This document shows positions 1-14,799 of a stretch of DNA of 64,000 bases, piece after piece. The notes beneath the pieces were generated by a model. That model was not told the DNA's origin and ran no database searches. It saw only the letters and a program-made list of their open reading frames with translations. The position numbers were made by a program, and so were the translations under genes. Source of the stretch: Euglena gracilis. Taxonomy: Eukaryota. The stretch is taken from NCBI GenBank assembly GCA_039621445.1, contig CP154954.1, positions 16,138,140 to 16,202,139 on the forward strand. Direction: 5' to 3'. Position 1 is the first letter of the stretch. Every line of letters starts with the position of its first letter.

Positions 1-2002
1 ACTTCGGCAGACGGGAGGTTTCCCCCAGTCGGCGGAGGTGCTAAATCATCAATTTCAAAACGAAAAAAGTTGGTTTACCCAGTAAAAAAACACGGGGGTC
101 GAAAGTAATGGTACACATTTTGGTACAAGGGGCTTCAGCTGACGGGTGCGCCGCCCCGTCAAGTGATGGCAACACAACTGGACACAAAAGAATGCGCAGG
201 TGCGCAAAAAACCACCAAAAATGAAAAGTGCATTCCCAGCCGTCTAAGTTAGACACCACAATTACTGCATCACACTGCACCAGCGAAGGTGGTTGCCCCC
301 CCCCCCAGGCGCCCTGGACCCGATTGAACGTTAGGCCAGGGTACCAACCATGCGTAAAACAAGCCAAAACGCCCTAAAATTGGGCGCAAAGTTGCAAATT
401 AAGGCTGAAGTTTTAGGAAGGTCAAATTTGCATGTAAGGAGGAGGGGGGGGGCAAGCGCCCGGGGGGGGGAGCGCCTGGGGGGGGGGGGTACCAACACCC
501 AAGGATTTCCAGCCAAGCCATGCAAGGAACCTGTGGGGCGGGCGATCGAGTCTTGGCCCGCAGACGCGAGAGCCAAAGCTATTACACACGCAACGCAGAG
601 GACAAGCGACACGTGACTCGCAAAGCTTGCAGAGCTTCCGAGCTATAGAGGGTGGAAGCGTCATAGCTCCCAAGGAGCTATAAAAACAAGAGCGCGAAAA
701 ATTGGGGCCCTTGATTCATCAGATGGGAACGCCAACAGAATGGTCCCAGGGCTTGGCCTGCGCCTGCAACTGCCGGGCACTGCAGAACACAAGCCACAAA
801 TGTCACCGTGGGGGAAAGGAAGGGTAAAAAATGAGCGGGGACAGGGGGGTAGGACCCCCTGGAGGGTGTGCGAGTTGGACCCCCCTCCCCCTGAGCAAAA
901 AAATTGTAAAGCTCTTTGCACCAGAAAAAAAAAAACGGGCCTTGAAAAAGGCCCCAAAAAGCGCACTTTTTGAAAAAAAATTGGTCAAAACCTACGGCGA
1001 AAATTTCATTTTCCTGGCGAGAAGCGCCGGAAAATTGTTTTTGGTTCCTGGTGAGGGATTTTAGAATGATCCTGCACTTGTGCAGGACCATTGGAGATTT
1101 TGAACAAAATTATTTTTTTGCCTGTCCCACTAGATAATTCCTGTAGGACGTCCCACTAATTACTACCCCCACTTAAGGAAGCACATTTCACAGTGATTCC
1201 GAAAATGCACCCGAATTTTTTGGTTATCCCAACCCAACCCAACCCCACCCCCGCCCCCCCCCCCCCACTAAGGCTAGTGGGGGTGCCAATTCTTCCAGTA
1301 TATTTGCATTTGTGGTCCAAGATTGGGGTGTTTATTGGGAAAATGTTTCGTTGGGCCAACGGTGCCACTTTCGGTCATCTGGCCTCCCCTGGGGGGTGTA
1401 GAGCCCAAAAAGCAATCAGTTAATCTGTAATCACCCCTGGTAAGACAGTGAGGAATGGTATGACTTTGTTGGCATCAAGGTTGACATCAGGATCAAGCAG
1501 TTTCGTGACACCTTTTTTAAACCATCCACGACTTCTTCTTCGCAGCCACGGTGAAAGCCCAGGGACCTCGAGGAAAATCGAGCCTGGGGATGGCGTTGCT
1601 TGCAGGCTGTTGTCCTTTTGAAAACACCGTTGGATTGCTTCGGCACTGAAGGTTGCTTGACTGGAGGGGATATCTGCTAGTTGAGACACCCACCCAATTG
1701 CTTTGAAGAAAATGTGCCGGATGCACAGTACCCCCAGGGTGGCGTTTGGCCACCCTCCTCCTCACATGCAAACTTGGCCCCTGTAGGGATGGCCTTTTGC
1801 ACATGGCCGCCAAAATTCTTCACATGCAAACTTGGCCCCCCTAAGGTTGGCCCCCTGGCCATACCTTCATGGCCTGGGCCAAGCGCCCGGGTGGGACAGC
1901 AAGAAGAAAATTTGGCTAGACTGACCGATGGTCTTGTCAGCCATTTCATGCAAAGTCTGTGTTGATGTGGTCTCGATGCTGCCAAGGCCGCAAAAGCATC
2001 AA

Positions 2003-2803
<801 letters not shown>

Positions 2804-5209
2804 CATGAATTTCACCGTTTTTGAATTTTTGATAAACAGGAACCTTTGAAGTCTTGAAGTCGTTCAAACATTGAACTTGTGTTCGGCTCCTGGGGATTTG
2901 AAAAAAAAACAGCCTTTTTGCAAGTCGCTTTAAAAATATGTGTGGTGTCGTTGCCAGGGAAACGGTGCCCCAGATCAGCCAGAGGGCAGCTGGTGGCGGA
3001 CGTGTATAGCAAATAGGCGAGGGCAAGGCTCCCCGTTCTACCGGTGCGGCATACGCAATGTGAAAAGACCTTTCGCTGGTGCAACCAGGGGCTCAGAGGC
3101 GCAAGGCTGAGTTGCCACAAATGATCGCACACGCACACACACATGCGCACACGTGTCAAGCCATAAATCACCCTGGTAGCTACTTTCAGGGTAAGCGAAT
3201 GGTGGCGGGGAGGGGGCAAGGTCTACAACAAGGTCTTCACGATTTCTAGCATTTTTGGAACCATGGAACTTGTATTTTTTTTAAAAAAAAGCCAAAATAA
3301 GGGAAAATGCAAGCTTCGGGGGTGAAGAGAAAATGCAAATTGCATAATTTATATCATTGACAGAATCCAGGTTGTGACAACTAGGCATCTTTTCAGAAAG
3401 CTTCACCCCGGAGTGCTTCCCATTAGCATTACCCACCCCAAATACTGGCACGGGGGGCACGGGAGGTCGAAAATGAACACCCCTTGCCTGACCATGGCGT
3501 GCCCGATAATGGCCATTCACAAGGGAGCATTGGCTGCAATGGCAATTTTCTTGGGAGTATCAATACCCAAACGAAAGCCCCCGAGGGGGTTTCCTGTCAT
3601 GGTGCACCATAGCCCAACACCCCCCCCTCCCCAAGGGTTGTTAAAGAAAACCTAATGGCAACACGAAACTCAAAACGAACAAGAACACGGAGGTAAATTG
3701 CAAGGAAACATTCGGAAAAGCGGCCGGGACAAATTGGATGGAAACGAAAAAAGCTGTTGCTTTTGTGCCTTGTGTGTGAATTTTTGGTTTTCTTTTTGGG
3801 GGAAAAATCAACCTGTTGCAGCTTGCAAATTTTCCTGGATAGCTTCAATTGCACAATAAAACTCTGTTTACTCGGACGATCTCGAGGATTTACTAGGATC
3901 AAATAATGAGAAACCCTGGGTGACGAAAGCCATGCCCAATTTTATCTGGGTATTTCTACTTTTTTTTACTTTTGAAAACATGCCCAGTTTTATCTGGGTG
4001 TTTCCCCCTTTTTATATTTTAACCAGACTTCTCTGGAAAATATTCAGGGCCTCTTTCGGCCATTTTTTGATTGCTTTTGGCCACTATTAGCGCTTTGGCC
4101 ACTTTTGGTCCATTTTTTGGCCACTTTTTGCTTTGGCCACTTTTATCCCATTTTGGCCATTTTAGGGACAAATATGTAGATCCATTTTATGGATCAACCA
4201 TAAGCAGCCAAAAGTAGACAAAATCTGCCCAAAATGGCCAAAAAGCACCCAAAGGGCCAAATATATATAAAATCAGCCAAAAAAAAACGTCCAAAAATGT
4301 CCAAAAATGCCCCCAAAAATGGCCGAAAATGGGCCAAAAAAAAAAAGAACGACAAAGGCCAAAAATAGCCAAAAATGGACAAAAACGGCCAAAAGTGGCG
4401 AAAATGGCTTAAATTATCGAACGTTTTCGAAGAAATTATCGAAGAAAAAAATTCCGTTCATCACCCTGCCGCCGGCAACAGTACCCAAGCTTTGGGAGAT
4501 GCTGCATCATCAAACGTGCTTGGTCGGGAGGGATTCGCATTCAGAGGGGAGATATATGTGCCAAAGATCCAGCTGAACAATCATCTCTGGGGTTATGACA
4601 GTCCCCTTTCTGTCAAAACAACGTTCCAGACACCAAAAATTTCAAGTCTGGACGATTGATGGGTGGGTATCCTCCTTTTCATCACTCTTAAGCTTTTCAG
4701 AAAGCCAGAAGATCTGCCGCCACAGAGTGTGGGCCGAGAGGTGCCTTGGGCTGGTCATTCCAGTGTGGTGGAACAGCTACACAAAGCCACCTGGCATCCA
4801 GAACACACGCACGCACGCACGCACGCACGTACGCACGCACGCACGCACGCACTAATACACACCAGCTCAGGGAGCAACCTGCAGTGTGCACATGCTGCTC
4901 GTCCGGGCTGCACAGGTGTCCGCTGCCCCAATCCTGTGCATTATCCATTATATCTCAAATTATGGGCTATTTATACACTGATTTGTTTATTTGAAATATA
5001 CTGGTAATTTTTATTCAGCTTGAGTTCTCGTATGTGAAAAAAAGAGCAGATATGGAAATATAAACACCTGAATAGCCAAGCCTGCACTTAAGGGCCCCCA
5101 GAGGGTGGGTCGAACTGAATTGGCACTAGCTGGCTCGCTGGAAACAAAAATACTTCAGAGTCGCAGCAGGCTGCAAAAAAAAGTGTTCCCGGTGGTCGCA
5201 AGGAAAATA

Positions 5210-5224
5210 TTGTTGTTGTTTTTT

Positions 5225-5265
<41 letters not shown>

Positions 5266-5369
5266 GGTGTTGTTCGTGTTGTTGTTGTTGTTGTTGTGGT
5301 GGTTGTTTTTTGTTGTTGTGTTGTTTGTTTTTGTGGTGTTTTGTTGTGGTATTGTTGTTGTTGTTGTTG

Positions 5370-5435
<66 letters not shown>

Positions 5436-6485
5436 GTTCTGTTTTTGTTGTTGTTTTTTTGTTTTGTGTTGTTGTTGTTTTGTTGTTATTGTTTTGTGGT
5501 GTTGGTGGTGGTTTGTGGTGGTGGTTGGTTGGTGGGTGGTTGTTGTTGGGGTGGTGGTGTGGTGATGGTGGTGTGTGGTGGTGGTGGTGGTGTGTGTGGT
5601 GGTGGTGTGTGTGGTGGTGGTGTGTGTGGGGGTGGTGGTTTGGTGGTGGTGGTTTGGTGGTGGTGGTTTGGTCGTGGTGGTTGGGTGGGGGTGGTGTGGG
5701 GGTGGTTGTGGTGGGGGTGGGGGTTGGTGTGGGTGGTTTGGTGGTGGTGGTGGTTGTGGTGGTGTGGTGGTGGTGTTGTGGTGGTGGTGGTGTGGTGGTG
5801 GTGGTGGTGGTGGTGGTGGTGGTGGTGGTGGTGGTGGTGGTGGTTGTGGTGATGATGGGGGTGGTGGTCGTTGTGGTGGTGGTGGTGGTTTGGTGGTGGT
5901 GGTGGTGTGGTGGTGGTGGTGGTGGTTTGGTGGTGGTGGTGGTGGTGGTGGTGGTGGTGGTGGTTTGGTGGTGGTGGTTTGGTGGTGGTGGTGTGGTGGT
6001 GGTGGTGGTGGTGGTGTGTGTGGTGGTGGTTGGGGGTGGTGTGTGGGGTTGTGGTGTGTGTGGTGGTGGTGTGTGTGGTGGTGGTGTGTGTGGTGGTGGT
6101 GTGGTGTGTTTGGTGGTGTGTTGGTGTTGTTGTTGTTGTTGTGTTTGTTGTTGTTGTTGTTGTCCTGGTTGTTGTTGTTGTTGTTTGTTGTTGTTGTTGT
6201 GTTTGTTGTTGTTGTTGTTTTGCCTGTTGTTGTTGCCATACTTATTATTGTTGTTGTTGTTGTTATTGTTATTGTTGGTGGTGGTGGTGGTGGTGGTGGT
6301 GGTGGTGGTGGTGGTGGTGGTGGTGGTGGTGGTGGTGGTGGTGGTGGTGGTGGTGGTGGTGGTGGTGGTGGTGGTGGTGGTGGTGGTGGTGGTGGTGGTG
6401 GTGGTGGTGGTGGTGGTGGTGGTGGTGGTGGTGGTGGTGGTGGTGGTGGTGGTGGTGGTGGTGGTGGTGTTGCTGTTGTTGTTGT
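5210..6485. repeat. Compound (GTT)n/(GGT)n trinucleotide microsatellite
   Basis: Read directly; accounts for the polyP/polyV/polyG/polyW ORFs. Confidence 0.97.
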
Positions 6486-6799
6486 GTTCTGATTGTGCAA
6501 AAAAATGTATGGTGTTGCATAATGAATCATGCTATGTGTACGTTTGGGGGGGGTCGTGCTGAGTGAACACCCTGCTGAAGGCGGGGTTCTCATCTACTTT
6601 TTACCTATTTTCTGAAAAAGTTTGACCCCAAATATTGACCAAAAAGTGGGTCTGCCAGACCCCCTTCGCCGGGGTGGGGTGGGGTGGGGGAGGGGAGACC
6701 CCCTGCCACCAGTCTTTAAGAAATCCCTGATAGAAAAAAAAAATGAGAGTCCCCTGGAATACACAAAGGGAAGCGTTATTTCGTGAGGGACGCATTCTG

Positions 6800-9700
6800 C
6801 TGTGCGGTTGGGGGCAATAGTTTTGTTTCCCTCTGCCATTTCACACCATGATCTCATCCGTTACTTCTCCCACGTTCTGCAGCAAAATTGGTTACCCAAG
6901 CCTCCTTGGAGCCTGCGCGGAGCCTCTGAGCCTGGTAACCTGTGCCTCTGCAGAGGCTCATCAAAAAAAAGAAAATATTCAACTTCAGAATCCCCAGACG
7001 ATCTGTTGAAATGCAAATGCATTTTTTGTGTAAATACCAGGAGAAAAAAGCTCCGAGGTTGAGCAGATATGCAAAATAAGAAAAGTATGGAAAATATGTA
7101 ACTTTCATCGGCAGAATGCCAAATTATTAAAAAAAATGCAAATTCCTTCCCTTTAATACTTTTTTTGATTTATGCCAGAATATTGCAAGTTGTGCAACCT
7201 CTGTTTGTAATAAAGCTGGTTTGAAAACGTGCCTAAAAATGCGGGGATTGCAAATTATTTTACGACCTGGGGGGTCAGCACTTGGGGCGGGCCACAATTG
7301 CAGGCAGGGGGAAACGCAACATGGACCCTCAAAAAACGCGATGCAAATAAATGAAAAATAAACGTAAAAAAATGCAAAAAAAAAAACGATAATTGCATGT
7401 AAAAATTTTTGCAGAGCTCCGGAGCTACGGAGCTCCCCCCGAAATGCAAAACGCCTTCCCCCCCTGCACATTTGAAAACGAGGATTGGGTGGCCAACGTT
7501 GGGGCGCCTAACTTACATTCACTATTCTCGGGGGGTCATATCCAAAAATAGGGTCAAATTCAAATGGCCCCGGGCAAGATTGCACTTTGAGGTCAGAGAC
7601 GTATAGGGACGTCAAATTTGCAAATGCAAATAACCAATTGACAATTCTCCGGACAACCCTGTTTTTTTTTTGCGACAACCTTAGATGCAGAAAATGAAGA
7701 CCTTTTCTGTATTTAAATCCCTGCCCCAAATGCTTTCAACCGAATTCTTATTCACAATTAACACGTGAACGTCTCATAACTGGTTGTGCATGCCAAAATT
7801 TGGCAAACTCGACAGAAAAACTTCTGGAAATTTGTGAGATACACCAAAATTTTGCAACGTGAGTACGGGTGAGGGAGTCATGTCGCGCGTTCTTTAAAGA
7901 TCGGGGAGGGAAGTCCCCTGAAGCATCCACTCTCCCCCCTGGGGTTCAACATTCGAAAATACCTGGATCCCACCCAAATAAAAAATCAAGGGTGGACATT
8001 GGGGGGGGGGTAACCCAAACCCGAACCAACACCCAAATATAAATACCTATCTCCAACAACAACCCATAATAAGCAATAAATGTGCAAAATTGTGAATGTT
8101 TCAATCAGTTTTTTGGGAGGCAATCCGCCTGGAGGTGTACCTCGTCTTACCACATTCCGCACAAAAGGCCACTCAGTCAGCCTGCCTCACCACACTATCT
8201 GCCCAACGTCGAAGACGGCTGGCCAATGCCGTGCTGTCTTCATCGGTCAAACAAGAAGGCAGCACTTTGCAGGCCACAGGCAGCTGTAGCGGACACCAGG
8301 GAGGGGGAGGAGAGAGAGGTTTGGTTTTGGGGGTGCCACCGAGGGGAAGGTAATGTGGGGCCAGCCACGCCAACAAACCGTCGTCCCAGTTGCCCAGGCC
8401 AGGTGACTGGCATGGATTCACCCACCTCCCCCTTGAGAGGATGGGGTTTGGACTGACCCCCTGTAAAATGTCTGGACCAATCTTTTTTGGCACCTTGGCA
8501 GTATCCAAAAAACATTCATGGATCTATTCAATGCGCTGATGTAAAACAATTTGGTGTCAAATGGCTTCTATTCAGAGGACAACAAAAAATTATAGCAATT
8601 CGGGTTATTGGTGTCCATCAGACTTTTTGGAGGAAACATTTTGTCAAAGAAAATTGCTGTGAAAAGCCAGTAGGGAGAATCTGTCCTGTTTGGTAGGATC
8701 TCTGGTTATCCTGTGGGATTTGATGCAGGTGATGGTGTCTGAGAAAGAATCCTGTTTGGGTCACTGGAACCTCCCCCCAGACTGAGGTGCACTCAGGGTC
8801 AATACAGTCCGGCCGGAAAGAGGTTTCAGACAATTCATTTCGGAGGGGGTCGATGTCCCCGAGGAGTTGCGGAGGTCCCCAGAAACAACCTCACATTGAT
8901 TTCCACAGACACTAGCAGCATCTGCCTGGTGGCGTGGACGATCGATCCACCTTCTCCTCTCCTCCAAAAAACTGACCTGCTGATTTTGCACAATTCTGAT
9001 GAGATGCTTTTGATCCCCCCCTTCAACTTTGCGACAGACACAAACCCAAGGTATCGCAAGGACCTACTGCTACCGATACTAATGTCTGACCTTGCTGCGG
9101 TGGCCTGACTACCGTGTCGACACAGTGGTCCCCTGTTTTATGTTGGTGTGAAATAACAAGTGTGGCCCACACTGTCCATCGGATGGGGAGAGGCCAAAGG
9201 CAAGTAAATCGCAGAAGGGAGCCAACATTGCTGCCCAGAATCCTCGGAAAGGGAAATTTCCCCTGCGAATTCGAGGAGTGGCTGGGGTTTTCAGCAAGAC
9301 CGGCTGTCTGGCACGGTGGACAGACCACGCGTGGCACAGGGCGGGGCGCTAATGGGTCAAAAAAAGAGCCAATGCTGGGGGGGGGGGGCAAGAGAGACAG
9401 AACCACATGGGTTGGCACAGTGGCAGCACAGGGTTGGCTTGCCTCATATTCATATGCAAAATTTGCAATTTGCCACCCCAGTGCCTGTGCATTGCCTTTC
9501 AGGGTTTCTCTGGTTTCCGTGCTGATCGAGGCCAAAATGTATCCGTGATTTTCCGTGATTTTCCGTGAATTTAAACTTTGAATTTGAACTTTAAAAAAAA
9601 GTCAAAAATCATATTCCATATCAAATCATATCCCTCTGCCTCATCCGTGAATATCCGTGAATTTTTGTGATTTCTGTAAAAATGGCCTCGCGCCATTTTT

Positions 9701-12700
9701 TCCGTGATCCTCCATGAATTTCATTTAATTTCCTTTTCAGGAAATGGAAGGATCCCTGTGCTTTTACGCCGTTGAAAAACGATTCTCTTCGTTTCACATC
9801 ATCACCAAAAGGAAAAATTACTTTTCCAATTACAAATAAAGCACAGCACCAGAAAACTTAAAAAAAGCATGGGGGTAGGTCGGTGCGAAAAAGAATTAGC
9901 TTCCTCCAAAAAAAACTGGTGACTTAATTCTGAGGACATTTGGAGGAATTGTTTCTGATTGAAGCAAGCAATGCTTCTGCTTGAGCAGCGTTCAGTGGTG
10001 GTCCTGCCCACCCCGGCATGCCAACTGTAGGGTGCATGCTGGTCCACCTGCATGGAGGCAAAAAAGAACAGCGCACGAACGTAGAAGTTGAACATCACAA
10101 ACATTTTTCATAATTGCTGAAGAGTTGGGGAAAGCCTTCAGAACGGGTGGCTGATGTTTCTTTGGGTGAACATCTGGAAAAGAATTTTGATTTTCGCCGA
10201 AATTCTGGTGACACCACTTTTCAGAATACATTGTTCAGAGTTTCATCAGAGAATACATCGTCCATTCATTACAATACATTGTCCAGAATCAAATATTTCA
10301 TATCCGAAGAATTAAAGCAGACAACAAAACACCATTACTTTCCCCGTCCAGCCTCACCCCTGTGAATGGAACCCGAAAGAACAAATCCAGGAAAACCAAG
10401 CGCTGTCTCCATTCCACAAGGGGACAGTTGGTGCAGCAAAAGTATTGAAACCACCGCGGGTGCCATTCACACAAGGTGGGGAATTTCGGACCAGGAAACA
10501 GCATTTTGCAATCCAGCGAAGCAACCCTGCCATCTTCTCTCTCTGCCTGTGGTGTGAGTTGACCGAGTCAAAATTGGCCAAGGGGCCAAACGGTGCGACT
10601 GTGTGTGTGGTGACTGCAGGCGAGAGGGCTGCGAAGTGCCCGCTAGGCGGGAACCCCACACCAGTTAATCCTAACCAGGCCACTGAAGCCTGGGTTTGGC
10701 TGCGCAGGGCAGGCTCCAGACCGTATGGCAGGGAGGTGCTTGACCCGGGTTTGGGGGGGGGGGTGGTGTTGGGTGCCGGGCAATCCGGACTGGGCCAATG
10801 AACCTGGAGCAGGGGTTTTTTTAAGACCGGGGGGAGGGGGTCCCCCCCACCCACCCACCCCCTGGCCCCCCCCCGGGGGGGTTCCGGAGCCACTCAAAAA
10901 TCGGGGAAAATTCCAAAAATAGCACCTTTTCAAAAAATGTATGAATGCTTGCACCTTAATATCGAGCCTGATAATAAATTTGGCTGGAGGAACATCTAGT
11001 TGTCCAGATTTTCAGCAGTCATTTTTCTGCCTCGCGTTAATGTCCTGACATTTTCGGTTCGAACGAAAACAATGGATAAAAAAAAATTCCCCAAAACAGA
11101 AACCACCACTTCAGCACAGGGGAGAGAACAATGGGATAAAAAAAATTCCTGCAGACAGAAGCCACCACTTCAGCATGAGAGAGGGTGACAAACGAGTCAG
11201 TCGCTCAGAGATTTAAAAAAATCATCACATCGGTCAGCCACCTCCCTCACATGAAAATAACCAGTTGGGAAAATACACCCCAGGGTGGGTCACCTCGCAG
11301 ACAGCCTGAGGAAGCCTCAGCAAGCTGGAAAGCGTTGGGAGAGGATCTCACGCCATCCTTTCCTGCCCCTTGGTTCCACCTTTACCCAGCCTCCCCACTC
11401 CGGAAACTGTCCCCAGACAAATCAAGGCCGATGTACGAGGCAGGTCAGCAAATACGGAGAGGGGGGGTGGGGCTGGGTGACAGGGAAAAAAAGTCAAAAA
11501 AAATTCGACCGCCGGCAGACAGAAAATCCGACAACGCAATTTTTCGCAAGTTTGAGATAAGCTTGAAAGCAATGTTCAGAGTTTTTTTCAACTCAGGAAT
11601 CTGCTTCTTCAAGAAAAAAGTGAAAATTTTCAAACAATCGTTGGGAGACAAGGTGCGGGGAGAGAGGAGGAGGTGCCCCCAATGAAGACAGGTTGGCGAA
11701 TATGGAGGGAAGAGAACAGGCTCCCTGGGGGGGGGGGTTCCAACCTCAGAGTTTTTCAAAGGAACTACATTGAATTTTGACCTCGACATGTTGGCCAGTA
11801 CCTGGGGACCTGGCAGTTTCGCTGGTGGGCTGCTGACAGGTTCTTGGTCATGACAGCTTACTGAGAGGGGGGTGACGGCCAATTCTTCGACCCATTTCTG
11901 GAAACACCTTTCTGCAACCAAGCTCCAAAACTTTGGAAATTCTGCATGATGCCCTCCAACTTTACACCTTCCACCCAGAATGGGTTGGTAAAAAAACCTC
12001 ACGGACATTTTTTCTGCAAAACCGCCACTAACCAGAGCACCACCACCGCCACCCCCATTTCAGGTCTGGTTGCAAGGAAAGAGAGCGCTCAAAAGGCATG
12101 CCAGGTTGCCCACCAATCGCACTCTGTTCTCTGGGAGAGAAAACATATAACAGGGCCATGACAGGCATCATATGCACGTGAATGAGCCGCGCGTCGGAGA
12201 GGGGTTGAACATTGCACAGCAGCTCTCCACTGGACCAGGCATAAGCTACATCCCCACAGGGAAAAATTAGGGGGAAAGATGGGAAATAATTACAAGCTTC
12301 TTTTTACCAAACTCTGGGGGAGGGGATGCCTAGCAGGCTTCTGTTTACCAACTCTGGGGGAGGGGGGGGTTCGTCCTGTAATAAAAAAAAAGCGCTTACC
12401 TGTACCGGTGGGGGAGGTCAGGACCACCTAGCCAATTTTATTGCAGAACTACTTAACCCAGGCGCTGTCGGAGCAGCAGTATAATGTAGACATATCAAAA
12501 TACCTGACCTTGCTTGAGTTGGGATGGCGTCAACTTCTGCCTCAACGCTGGTGTGTCGGCGTCTATTTTCTGTTGCTGTGTTGTGTATTGCCTCTTCATT
12601 GACGAATGACCCTTCCAAGATTTTTGAAGGAAGCTTGCACCTTCCCCCAGGGAGCTGGGAGCCATGGCAGGGGGTGGGCGATTTTGACGATTTGGACCTT

Positions 12701-13283
12701 ACACTGGCATGGATTCTGTGTCTGTTGCAGGAGGATCAAAAGAGCTCATGCATAGTGTGTGGATGAAGAGCAAGAAAAAAACAACTTTCTGTTTCATTGG
12801 CCTCACAATTACGGGATGCGATCAGAACAGCGACGGGTTTCTTCTTCCGCTAAAAGCCGGGTTGAACAGACTGACTATTCATTTGCAACTGAACCACTGC
12901 GGAAATGCTGCACGACTCACCTGGTGCCACGTCCAATTTTGACGGCAAACCATCCGGCACCCTTTGAAACCTGGCACGTGTACTCCACCACTGTTCTGTC
13001 AACAGAAAATGCTCGAGCGTCTGTTGTTAAAATCATTCTTTGGGGTTGCAACGAGCAGATTTTTTCCACGCATCCTGAGTAATTGTCCCGTTATGCAAAT
13101 TAAGCTGAGATGGTGCCAAATCGAACGCTCTTATTCTGTTGTGCCGGCAAAAGTTCTCTGATGCGATAAAATCCACGTTCCTTTGCGCAATTGCACAAAA
13201 GAACATAGCACAAACATTCCAAGAGTTGCTGCTGCGGGATGCCTAGGTCCTGTACCGTACAGTGCGCCACCGCGACTGCCCTA
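6800..13283 (+). repeat. Direct tandem duplication, copy A
   Basis: CTGTGCGGTTG...GGCAATA at 6800 recurs at 13284; 8040-13220 is collinear with 16540-23800. Copy A ends GACTGCCCTA (13283), identical to 24176-24185. Confidence 0.88.
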
Positions 13284-14733
13284 CTGTGCGGTTGTGGGGC
13301 AATAAGTTTTGTTTCCGTCTGCCGTTTCGCACCATGATCTTATCCGTCACTTCTCCCACGTTCTGTGGCAAAATTGGTTACCCAAGCCTCCTTGGAGCCT
13401 GCGCGGAGCCTGGTAACCTGAGCCTCTGCAGAGGCCATTCAAAAAAAAATCAACTTCAGAATCCCCAGACAATCTGTTGAAATGCAACAGATTTTTTGTG
13501 TAAATACCAGGAGAAAAAAGCTCCGAGGTATATGCAAAGCTCCGAGCAGATATGCAAAATAAGAAAAGTATGGAAAATATGTAATGCGGGGATTGCAAAT
13601 TCTTTTAGGACCTGGGGGGATCAGCACTTGGGGCGGGCCACAATTGCAGGGAGGGGATAACCGCAACATGGACCCTCAAAAAACGCGATGCAAATAAATG
13701 AAAAATAAACGTGAAAAAAAGGCAAAAAAAACGATAATTGCATGCAAAATCCTTTGCAGAGCTCCAGGAATACGGCTCTCCCCCTCCGAAATGCAATTTC
13801 TGCCTGAGGGGCTTAAATTTCAGCTCCGTCAGGGCAACTTTTTCATTTCGCATGAAGATATGCAATTTGTTGGCAAAAAATTGCAAAATTGGGAAAATTG
13901 GGGGCAAAATGAGGAATTTTTCATTGTCCAAAAAAATTCCAGCATAAACGAAAAAAAAGCAAAAAAAACACAAATTTTGCCAAACTCAAACAAAAAAATG
14001 CAAAAAAAAAACGCGTTCCCCCCCTGCACATTTGAAAACGAGGATTGGGTGGCCAATGTTGGGGTGCCTAACTTACATTCACTATTCTCGGGAGGTCATA
14101 TCCAAAAATAGGGTCAAATTCAAATGGCCCCGGGCAAGATTGCACTTTGAGGTCAGAGACGTATGGGGACGTCAAGTTTGCAAATGCAAATAACCACCTG
14201 TTTTTTTGCGACAACCTTAGATGAAGCATCCACTCTCCCCCCTGGGGTTCAACATTCGAAAATACCTGGATCCCACCCAAATAAAAAAATCAAGGGTGGA
14301 CATTGGGGGGGGGGTAACCCAAACCCGAACCAACACCCAAACATTAATCAGGGGGGGGGAAAATGCAACTGGGCCCTTCAAATTATGCAAGTCAAAAAAA
14401 TGCAAAAAAATGCAAAAAAAAATGCAAAAAATGCAAAAAAATGCAACTTGCAAAAAAACTGTTGAAAAAAGGCTGGAATACACCAGAATTTTGCTGCCTA
14501 AATCTGTAAACATGTGACAATGCCGGCGTGCCCGTCAATGATTCACAAAGAAGACCCCCAAGGAGACAACAACAAGCACTGAAGCTTTCAAAATCAACAT
14601 GATTTGTTTAATCTACGCAAATCGTCCCTCAAGGTCACCATTGAACATCAACAAAGCGGCGGCACGTCGCGTTTCATTACACAACGTGGAACGCAATTTG
14701 GTATCAACACACCCAGCAAGGCTGAACGAACGT

Positions 14734-14799
14734 GGCGGCACACCCTTCTGCATTCTATAGCACAACATTTGGATTCCGCACATGCAGAAGTGTGTGCTT
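14734..14799 (-). other. Nonconventional (non-GT-AG, hairpin-ended) intron, 66 nt
   Basis: Minus strand GA|AAGCACACACTTCTGCAT...ATGCAGAAGGGTGTGCCGCC|A. The ends base-pair (+4..+6 CAC with -8..-6 GTG). Removal restores the conserved hAT motif SADVERSFS. Confidence 0.82.

Noticed and set aside
5088-6593. Long polyP/polyT/polyV/polyG ORFs (up to 501 aa)
   Set aside because: Stop-free translation of trinucleotide microsatellites in several frames; the motif is not conserved in the homologous arm.
9500-9758. CAGGG...CCCTG element with CCGTGA repeats as a further TSD example
   Set aside because: Probably a MITE, but the flanks (TTGCCTTT / TGCTTTTA) do not allow a confident 7- versus 8-bp call and there is no empty site; excluded from the TSD tally.
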